From: an uncultured Candidatus Saccharibacteria bacterium
GTDB lineage: Bacteria; Patescibacteriota; Saccharimonadia; Saccharimonadales; JAGQNJ01
NCBI GenBank assembly: GCA_964493895.1
Contig: CAZBPY010000004.1
Coordinates: 13,271 to 77,270 of the forward strand
Direction of reading: 5' to 3'
DNA: 64,000 nt
Shown here: positions 1 to 6,910 of the stretch, piece by piece
How the letters are laid out: every line of letters begins with the position of its first letter
Numbering within the stretch: the first letter of the stretch is position 1
Position numbers and translations under genes: made by a program
Notes under the pieces: model-generated
Seen by the model: only the letters and a program-made list of their open reading frames with translations
Databases searched by the model: none
Told to the model about the DNA's origin: nothing

Positions 1-83
1 TACTACCACAACAGAGGTGATAAGGCAAAATTTTCGCTGTCAAAGAGAGCCAAAATGAACTATACTAAAACAAAGCATAAACG

Positions 84-1625
84 GTGGCGAATATCCCAAA
101 GATGCAACAGATAAAACCTAGAAAGCGGCGAGTCTTCAACAATGTTCTGGTGGGACTAGACCTGGTGGTGATTGGGGCAGGTCTGGCTTTTTGGTACTTC
201 GGTGCACCTCAGGCATTGGCTGGTTACTGGACTATTTTTAAGGTATTGCTGGCTCTAGCCGCTATCCATCTGATTTACACTGTGGCTATTTCGCCTCTGT
301 TAGGCAGGCGGAAACTATCCTCAAAAGGCAACGATACACCGCAAATAGACACTCTCTTAAGACAAGAGCAGCTGAAGTCCAGTGTCATCTTAGAGTCCAT
401 ATCTGACGGCGTTATTCTAATCAATGCCGCCGGCGATATTCAGCTGATCAACCAAAGTGCAGCCGACTTGTTCGGCTGGGATAAAAAGGAAGCTCTGGGT
501 TTTAATTACCAGTCGCTTTATAAAATCCAGGAAGATCCGGGCGCAGCAACCGGGCCTCAGGGTCAAAAGGCTGCTGATGCTATTGCTGAGACTTTGCAAA
601 CAGGGGAAGCACACCAGAATGTCGTCCAGATAGCCACCCGCAGCAACAAACAATTCTATGCTGACATCTTGGCTTCACCGATTAAAGGTGGGGTGGATTC
701 AGATGAAGCCAAGCCAGCTGTCGTCGGAGCAGTGGTGGTCTTCCGCGATGTCGACAAGCAAAAGAAACAAGAGCAGCAACGGACTGAATTCATTAGCACG
801 GCTAGCCACGAAATGCGTACGCCAGTGGCGGCTATTGAAGGCTATTTGGCCCTGGCGATGAATGATAAGGTTTGTCTGATAGACGAAAAGGCCAGGGGAT
901 ATCTGATGAAGGCTCACACCTCGGCTGAACACTTAGGGCAATTATTCCAGGACCTATTAACTTCGGCCAAGGCTGATGATGGGCGGTTAGCCAATAAACC
1001 GGAAGTTGTCGAGATGAGCGGATTTTTGGAAAAACTAGTTGAAGACTTGAGGTTCTCGGCTGAGAAGAAGGGCTTGGGACTGGAATTCGTGATGGGAACC
1101 GATCAGGACAATATCTCCGCTAAAACCAACGGTACTAAGATAATCAAGCCTCTTTACTACGTCGAGGTTGACCCGGATCGCATCCGAGAGGTCATCACCA
1201 ACTTATTCGACAACGCCGTGAAGTACACCCAATCCGGCAAGATCACCATCGGTATCACCGGTAACCAAGAAGTAGTCCAGTTTTATATTCAAGACACCGG
1301 CAGCGGTATTCCGCCAGAAGACGTTCCGCACTTGTTCCAAAAATTTTATCGCGTCGACAACACCGATACCCGCACGATTGGCGGCACTGGTCTGGGCCTG
1401 TTTATTTGCCGCAAGATTGTTGAGCTGTACAGGGGACGCATTTGGGTCAAAAGCAATCTAGGTCAAGGCAGTACCTTTTATGTCAACCTGCCGCGCCTGG
1501 ATAGTGGTGCTGTTGAAGCGGCCAGGCAACGCCTGGCTAACACCACCCGGCCAGGCGCGGCGGGCCCGGCAACGGCTCCGGCTGATCATGGTACAATAAA
1601 GGACATAAACATAACCGCTAAGTAA
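84..1625 (+). CDS. Sensor histidine kinase (hydrophobic N-terminus, PAS-like domain, HisKA, HATPase_c)
   Basis: 513-aa ORF. PAS-like SILESISDGVILINAAGDI. H-box STASHEMRTPVAAIEGY. N-box ITNLFDNAVKYT. G-boxes IQDTGSGI and GGTGLGLFICRKIV. A receiver gene starts 18 nt downstream. Confidence 0.92.
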   Translation: MANIPKMQQIKPRKRRVFNNVLVGLDLVVIGAGLAFWYFGAPQALAGYWTIFKVLLALAAIHLIYTVAISPLLGRRKLSSKGNDTPQIDTLLRQEQLKSSVILESISDGVILINAAGDIQLINQSAADLFGWDKKEALGFNYQSLYKIQEDPGAATGPQGQKAADAIAETLQTGEAHQNVVQIATRSNKQFYADILASPIKGGVDSDEAKPAVVGAVVVFRDVDKQKKQEQQRTEFISTASHEMRTPVAAIEGYLALAMNDKVCLIDEKARGYLMKAHTSAEHLGQLFQDLLTSAKADDGRLANKPEVVEMSGFLEKLVEDLRFSAEKKGLGLEFVMGTDQDNISAKTNGTKIIKPLYYVEVDPDRIREVITNLFDNAVKYTQSGKITIGITGNQEVVQFYIQDTGSGIPPEDVPHLFQKFYRVDNTDTRTIGGTGLGLFICRKIVELYRGRIWVKSNLGQGSTFYVNLPRLDSGAVEAARQRLANTTRPGAAGPATAPADHGTIKDINITAK

Positions 1626-1643
1626 ACAGGAGCTCGATTAATA

Positions 1644-2801
1644 ATGGCAAAAATAATGTTGGTTGAGGACGACAACTCGCTGCGCGAAATTTATGAAGCT
1701 CGCCTAGCCGCTGAAGGTTACACCGTGGTTTCGGCCAAAGATGGCGAAGAGGCTCTGGCAACTGCCCTCAAAGAGCACCCTGACCTAATTATTGCCGATG
1801 TTATGATGCCTAAAGTCAGTGGTTTTGACATGTTGGATATTTTGCGCTCGACTCCCGAGACTAAACATACCCGGATTATTATGTTGACAGCGCTTAGTCA
1901 AGCCGAGGATAAGGTACGAGCCGAAAAATTAGGCGCCGATCGTTACTTGGTCAAATCACAGGTCACCCTCGAGGATGTCACCCGCGAAGCCCGCGAAATC
2001 CTAGAGGAATTAGAAAGCCAGGCTGCGGCTACAGTGGCTAAAGTTGAGGGCAACGCCCCGACCGAAGCTCCGGCCGAAGCTGCGACCGAAGCTGAAACTA
2101 AAGCCGAAGCCAAGCCGGTTCCAACGACAACCGTTGAGAAATCTGATACCACCCCACCACCGACACCGGCACCAGTGGTCACCAAACCCTCTCAACCAAA
2201 AAAAGACAAAGATACGGCCCCTGAGCCAGTTCCCACACCGTCGCCAACTCCAACGATCACCTCAATTCCAGTGGCCGCTCCCGATGATGACACCAATGAT
2301 AAACCGGTCAATGATCAGGCTAAGGCTAATGATAAGCTAGCCGCGGCTGCTAAAGCTCTTAGTACTTCAGAGGGAGTCGAAAAGGCTGAGGTTAAAGAAC
2401 AGGTAGACGAGTTTATTGCCAGCAACCCAACCTTGTCATCATCCCCAGAACCGAACGACACAGCTACCGCAGCAGTTGAGAGCTTGACTAAATCAGAAGT
2501 TGGAAAAGCTAAAACCAGTCAGGAAAAAAAGAAGCAGCCAGTCCTGGATAAGGACAGTCAGGGCGGGCGCAGCTATGTTGCTGCCAATCAATCGCAAGAT
2601 CAGCCCGCCGGTTCGACTAACAGCGGTTCGTTAGAGCACACTAGAACCATCCAGCCAACTCCTGATTCCGAAAGAGCGGCCAGCAAACCTGATCTTAACG
2701 CCTTGCTAGCTAAAGAAGTGGCAATCGAGGGACAGGACAACCCACCAGTTGACACCGTAATTACACCAGATAACAGCGGTGAATCACCACCTACCGCTTA
2801 A
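1644..2801 (+). CDS. Response regulator: CheY-like receiver fused to a ~260-aa Pro/Thr/Ala/Glu-rich low-complexity tail with no recognisable output domain
   Basis: MLVEDD acidic pocket. Phospho-acceptor context DLIIADVMMP. LTALS and KLGADRYLVKS. Residues ~125-385 are compositionally biased (PPPTPAPVVTKP, TPSPTPTITS). Confidence 0.88.
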   Translation: MAKIMLVEDDNSLREIYEARLAAEGYTVVSAKDGEEALATALKEHPDLIIADVMMPKVSGFDMLDILRSTPETKHTRIIMLTALSQAEDKVRAEKLGADRYLVKSQVTLEDVTREAREILEELESQAAATVAKVEGNAPTEAPAEAATEAETKAEAKPVPTTTVEKSDTTPPPTPAPVVTKPSQPKKDKDTAPEPVPTPSPTPTITSIPVAAPDDDTNDKPVNDQAKANDKLAAAAKALSTSEGVEKAEVKEQVDEFIASNPTLSSSPEPNDTATAAVESLTKSEVGKAKTSQEKKKQPVLDKDSQGGRSYVAANQSQDQPAGSTNSGSLEHTRTIQPTPDSERAASKPDLNALLAKEVAIEGQDNPPVDTVITPDNSGESPPTA

Positions 2802-2809
2802 GCAGCCTT

Positions 2810-3475
2810 ATGCGCATCAATCAATTTATTGCCAGCGCCAGTAAACTTTCCAGGCGAGCGGCTGACCAGGCAATTACCAATGGACGCGTCACAATCAATG
2901 GCGTCCAGGCCAAGCTAGGCCAATCGGTATCGACCAGCGACACCGTCACCCTAGACGGTCATCTCCTCAAACAATCTGTGACTCATCAAACTATTATGTT
3001 AAATAAACCGGTTGGCTACATCTGTTCGCGCCGAGGCCAGGGTAGTCAAACTATTTTTGACCTGCTGCCAGCCGAGCTTCGTCATCTCCAACCAGTGGGG
3101 AGGCTAGACAAGGATTCGTCTGGACTGCTGCTACTGACGACTGACGGCGACTTGACTCATAAATTAACTCATCCGTCTTTTGAAAAGCCAAAAGTCTATG
3201 AGGTCACTCTTGATGTCGAGCTACTGCCCAAAGATTTTGAGACCATCACCAAGCACGGTGTGAAACTCGATGACGGCCGGAGTAGCTTTCAGTTGGATTA
3301 CCTCGATGACGGCAACTTTAAGTGGCGCGTCACCATGAGTGAGGGCCGTAATCGTCAAATCCGCCGCACTTTTGCCGCTTTGGGCTACAGGGTTGAAAAA
3401 TTGCACCGAATCCAGTTTGGACCATATAAACTGGGCCAGCTTTCCAGTGGTAAACATCAAATAATTGTGGTATAA
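2810..3475 (+). CDS. Pseudouridine synthase, RsuA/RluB family (S4 domain plus catalytic domain)
   Basis: S4-like INQFIASASKLSRRAADQAITNGRVTINGV. Catalytic Asp motif GRLDKDSSGLLLLTTDG. RNRQIRR near the C-terminus. Confidence 0.9.
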   Translation: MRINQFIASASKLSRRAADQAITNGRVTINGVQAKLGQSVSTSDTVTLDGHLLKQSVTHQTIMLNKPVGYICSRRGQGSQTIFDLLPAELRHLQPVGRLDKDSSGLLLLTTDGDLTHKLTHPSFEKPKVYEVTLDVELLPKDFETITKHGVKLDDGRSSFQLDYLDDGNFKWRVTMSEGRNRQIRRTFAALGYRVEKLHRIQFGPYKLGQLSSGKHQIIVV

Positions 3476-4802
3476 TCAACTACAAGTGAGTAGTAAAACG
3501 AAAGCACCGATTATAGCTATTGTCGGCCGGGCCAATGTGGGCAAATCCAGCCTGTTTAACGCTGTCTTGCGCCGGCGGGAAGCGATTGTTTTCGACCAGC
3601 CAGGCACTACCCGGGATGCCATAACGGCTAGGGCAGAGTGGAAAGGGCACGACTTTTGGATTGTCGATACCGCCGGCGTCAAAGATCCTGAGGATGACTT
3701 TGAGTTCACCATTCAAGAGCAAATCCAACAAGCTGCCGACAGTGCTGACATTATCTGGATGGTCATCGAAGCGAATACCCAAATTACTGATGAAGAGCGA
3801 CGACTGGCCAAGCAGGCTCTAAAGTCGAAAAAGCCAGTCTTCTTAGTTGTCAACAAGGCCGATCGGGCTCGACGGGCGACCGAAGCTGATTTCCGCCGGC
3901 TTGGTGTCAAAGACATCTTCCTGACCTCTGCCACCCAAAACCGCGGTCTAGCTGAACTTTTGGACGCCGCCATCGAAGTTATGCCCAAGGCAAACATTGC
4001 TTCCGACCCGGACACCATCACCATGGCCATACTCGGCCGGCCGAATGTCGGCAAGTCTTATTTGTTCAACACATTGGCTAAAAAGCAGCAGGCCATTGTG
4101 GCTGATGTGGCCGGGACGACGCGGGATGTAAACCGCATTACCGTTCGCCACAAACAGAAGTCAATCGAGATACTTGATACCGCCGGCATCCGCCGTAGCG
4201 GTAAGATAGGCAAGGGAATTGAACGTTTTAGTGTTATCCGGGCCCTGGCGGCTATCGAAGCAGCCGATGTCTGTCTGCTGCTGATGGATGCCAACGAACT
4301 CAACACCGCGCTGGATCAGAAAATCGCCGGCATGATTAAGGAGGCCGACAGGGGATTGATTCTGGTGGTTAGCAAGTGGGACTCCGTTGATAAAGATGCT
4401 TTTACCCGCGACCAGCTGGCGCCAGCGATTCAGCACAATTTTATCTTTGTACCCTGGGCGCCGCTGATTTTCACCAGCAGTGTAACTGGGCAAAATGTCA
4501 CCAAACTGTTTGACTTGGCTCAGGAAATTGTCTTGGCTCGTTCAACTCAGATTAAAACACCGGTGCTGAATCGCTGGCTGCAGAAGATTACAGATGAGCA
4601 CCCGCCGGCCGGGCTTAAAAATAAGACTCCTAAACTGAATTACATCGTTCAGGAAAACGACAATCCGACCAATTTTAAGGTGTTTGGCCGTGACACAAAA
4701 TTCTTGCACTGGAGCTATAAACGCTTTATGGAGCGCCGCCTGCGCGAGGAGTTCGGCTTTGAAGGCACTCCAATTAGGTTCTGGTTCTTCGACAAGAAGT
4801 AG
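3465..4802 (+). CDS. der: Ribosome-associated GTPase Der/EngA (tandem GTPase domains)
   Basis: Two P-loops (GRANVGKSS, GRPNVGKSY), two DTAG motifs, NKAD and SKWD. Overlaps the upstream gene by 11 nt. Confidence 0.93.
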   Translation: MWYNQLQVSSKTKAPIIAIVGRANVGKSSLFNAVLRRREAIVFDQPGTTRDAITARAEWKGHDFWIVDTAGVKDPEDDFEFTIQEQIQQAADSADIIWMVIEANTQITDEERRLAKQALKSKKPVFLVVNKADRARRATEADFRRLGVKDIFLTSATQNRGLAELLDAAIEVMPKANIASDPDTITMAILGRPNVGKSYLFNTLAKKQQAIVADVAGTTRDVNRITVRHKQKSIEILDTAGIRRSGKIGKGIERFSVIRALAAIEAADVCLLLMDANELNTALDQKIAGMIKEADRGLILVVSKWDSVDKDAFTRDQLAPAIQHNFIFVPWAPLIFTSSVTGQNVTKLFDLAQEIVLARSTQIKTPVLNRWLQKITDEHPPAGLKNKTPKLNYIVQENDNPTNFKVFGRDTKFLHWSYKRFMERRLREEFGFEGTPIRFWFFDKK

Positions 4803-4814
4803 TAAACTAATGCT

Positions 4815-5453
4815 ATGGGTTTATTCGTTCGGCGCGATAACCAATCGGAAACTCAAACTTTATATAATACCGTCCACGAGAAGGTTCTATTAATTGTCGG
4901 TCTCGGAAATGTCGGCAAGCGTTACGAGGGCACCCGTCATAACATCGGTTTTGCTTGTCTGGATTTTTTTGCCGAGCAGCATAATTTTCCAGCCTGGTCG
5001 GAGAAGGCTGATCTGCATTGCTTGATAACTTCTCATGTTGAGGGCAGCACTAAACTCATTCTGGCAAAACCGGTGACTTTCATGAACGAATCCGGCCACG
5101 CCGTCTCCTCAGTCCAGCGCTATTTCAAGGTTAGTAATGATGAGACCTTGGTGCTGCACGATGAATTAGACCTGGATTTCGGCTTGATTCGAGCCCGCAC
5201 TGGCGGCGGCTCAGCCGGCAACAATGGCATAAAATCAATCATTCAACACTGCGGCGAAGATTTTAACCGCTTGCGGATAGGTATAAAAAACCACCAACTA
5301 GACAAGATTGACAGCGCCGACTTCGTGCTAGCCAAGTTTAATAAAGAAGAGAAAGCCTGCTTGCCCGAACTCTACCGTGAAGTATCGGCACTGCTATCTG
5401 AATACTCAGCTAGTCATCAGCTGCCGCATGACACCCGAAACTTCTTAGTATAA
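4815..5453 (+). CDS. pth: Peptidyl-tRNA hydrolase
   Basis: LIVGLGNVGKRYEGTRHNIGF, FMNESG and LHDELD motifs. 212 aa. Confidence 0.93.
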   Translation: MGLFVRRDNQSETQTLYNTVHEKVLLIVGLGNVGKRYEGTRHNIGFACLDFFAEQHNFPAWSEKADLHCLITSHVEGSTKLILAKPVTFMNESGHAVSSVQRYFKVSNDETLVLHDELDLDFGLIRARTGGGSAGNNGIKSIIQHCGEDFNRLRIGIKNHQLDKIDSADFVLAKFNKEEKACLPELYREVSALLSEYSASHQLPHDTRNFLV

Positions 5454-5896
5454 ATAAAAGACCTCCAGAGGGGGTGGGCACCGCTGGAGGCCTATTACAC
5501 CCTTCAACCCACCCCAGCGAAACATTCGGATAAACTCCACGAAAATATCCGTGTCTTCCCGCTCATCTTATGTATTTATAACAATCATATTTAACTGTTT
5601 AGGCCGCCACTATGCGGCTAAAAATACATAAGATGAGCGGCAAACCATTGAGGCTCGCTTTGAATTGGGGCCCCGAACGTTTTTCAAAGAAAAATCGGGC
5701 GGGGTTACTAGTTAAAGGGGTTAGTCTGTTTTAGAGCGTTGCCAGCTCTGAGAGAGCTATAGCGGCAATGCTATTAATAGTGGAGGGTAAACAACTATGA
5801 TAGCCGCTCTAAAACAACCTAACTTAATCACTTTTTAATAAGTGATTGTTAAATTGGGGGTATAAGGTACAGTGAATCCTATTTCAGAACTCACAG
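5452..5896 (-). ncRNA. Candidate novel structured RNA (~445 nt), family unassigned
   Basis: Bounded by a near-consensus promoter (5903-5931) and an intrinsic terminator (5462-5490 plus U-tract). The longest ATG-ORF on this strand is ~26 codons and has no SD. Strong helices lie at 5826-5847, 5727-5816, 5672-5699, 5559-5640, 5527-5551 and 5462-5515. The ends are estimates. Confidence 0.5.
5462..5490. terminator. Hairpin CCTCCAG(15 nt)CTGGAGG, 8 nt after the pth stop. A U-tract follows only in the minus-strand reading (TCTTTTATTTAT).
   Basis: 7-bp GC-rich stem at 5462-5468 / 5484-5490. An A-run lies on the + side (5452-5459), which gives a U-run for a minus-strand transcript. No T-run follows on the + strand. 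Confidence 0.55.
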
Positions 5897-5902
5897 ATTG
5901 CC

Positions 5903-5931
5903 ATTTTAGCAAATACCTGACCTTATGTCAA
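5903..5931 (-). promoter_or_regulatory. Sigma-70-type promoter reading leftward, away from dprA
   Basis: The minus strand reads TTGACA (5931-5926), a 17-nt spacer, then TAAAAT (5908-5903). An A/T-rich tract (AATTAAATATTTTAGTA) lies upstream. Confidence 0.55.
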
Positions 5932-5965
5932 TACTAAAATATTTAATTGTCTAGCGAGCAAATAC

Positions 5966-6829
5966 GTGCAGAAACCAAAGCATAAGCATATTCGGAAATT
6001 GGCCGTTCCACCCCTGTTATCAAAGCTTCCTGAGGCACCAAAGCAATTATTCTCTCTTGGCGGACAACTGTCACTGCTGCTAACAAAACCGCGGGTGGCT
6101 ATTGTTGGTTCGCGCAAAATGTCGCCCTATGGACGTCAGGTCACTGAAAAGCTGGCTGGCGATTTGGTCCGTCACGGTGTAGTGATTGTCAGTGGTCTGG
6201 CCTATGGTGTTGATGTTTGCGCCCATAAAACTGTCGCAAAGGAAGGCGGAACCGGCATTGCCGTCATGGCCTGCGGGCTGGATCGGATCTATCCTACTGC
6301 TCACACTTTAATTGCACGACAGTTGACGGACAAAGGTGGTGTGATCATTTCTGAGTACGAACAGGGCACACCGGCGCTGCGACACCATTTCTTAGAGCGC
6401 AACCGCTTGGTTTCCGGCTTGGCTGACGCTGTCATCATAACCGAGGCGGCCGGGCGATCGGGGACACTAAATACGGCTGCCCATGCAATAAACCAGGGAA
6501 AACCAGTTTTGGCGGTGCCCGGCCGTTTGAATGATCCCTTGTCAGAAGGCACCAATAACTTAATAAAGTCCGGAGCCCATCTGCTTACATCTGTCGCTGA
6601 CGTATTGTCATTATTAGGTATCGGCAAGTCTACTAACCAGTCGCTGCCAGCGGCCGAGAACCAAGCCGAATATGTAATTCTTAAACTTATCGAACAGGGC
6701 ATTACTGAAGCCGGCCAACTTTTAAAACAATCTGAACTAAGTATCGCTGTTTTCAACCAAACCCTTACGATGCTGGAAATCACCTCGAAAATCAAACCGC
6801 TGGGCGCTGATAATTGGGGCCTAGCGTAA
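5966..6829 (+). CDS. dprA: DNA processing protein DprA
   Basis: VAIVGSRKMSPYGRQV, SGLAYGVDVCAH, GGVIISEY, FLERNRLVSGL. Apparent GTG start; the first in-frame ATG is about 50 codons in. Confidence 0.88.
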   Translation: MQKPKHKHIRKLAVPPLLSKLPEAPKQLFSLGGQLSLLLTKPRVAIVGSRKMSPYGRQVTEKLAGDLVRHGVVIVSGLAYGVDVCAHKTVAKEGGTGIAVMACGLDRIYPTAHTLIARQLTDKGGVIISEYEQGTPALRHHFLERNRLVSGLADAVIITEAAGRSGTLNTAAHAINQGKPVLAVPGRLNDPLSEGTNNLIKSGAHLLTSVADVLSLLGIGKSTNQSLPAAENQAEYVILKLIEQGITEAGQLLKQSELSIAVFNQTLTMLEITSKIKPLGADNWGLA

Positions 6830-6910
6830 ATTTTCGTTTGCATTGGCGGGCTTAATTCGCTACTATCCCTGCTTGTGTAAATGTAAAGGATGCTTTAGCA
6901 TAAGCAAATA

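Noticed and set aside
2044-2340. Alternative-frame ORFs inside the response-regulator tail (2044-2340 +, 1943-2185 -, 2010-2195 -).
   Set aside because: They are products of the repetitive GC-rich codons of the Pro/Thr/Ala tail. They have no independent start signals and are nested in a gene with a clear upstream receiver domain.
5728-5738. GTTTTAGAGCG resembles the start of the type II-A (Cas9) CRISPR repeat, which raises the idea of a CRISPR array or tracrRNA.
   Set aside because: It occurs once, plus its own reverse complement forming a local stem. There are no spacer-repeat periodicity and no cas genes anywhere in the 64 kb. I treat it as coincidental sequence within a structured element.
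5452-5896. Could the structured spacer simply be RNase P RNA, tmRNA, SRP RNA or 6S RNA?
   Set aside because: On both strands I find no GAGGAAAGUCC-type CR-I element or ACAGAA...GGCUUA pairing partner (RNase P). There is no GGAUUCGAC 5-prime element, no T-arm and no ACCA 3-prime end (tmRNA). There is no GGAA-tetraloop / AGCAGC domain IV (SRP). Short resemblances exist (GGATAAACTCCAC, ATAAGGTAC) but are in the wrong spacing. 6S cannot be excluded by eye, but the length is about twice the typical size. A covariance-model search is still needed.
6301-6843. Long antisense ORFs in the track, for example 6301-6843(-), 10212-10736(-), 36024-36665(+), 40479-40970(+), 49043-49549(+) and 59964-60452(+).
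   Set aside because: Each lies entirely within, and antisense to, a gene with strong family motifs (dprA, the sigma4/HARE gene, PP2C, ctp, secA, greA). They show low-complexity, Ser/Arg/Pro-rich mirror-frame composition and have no SD. I consider them spurious.
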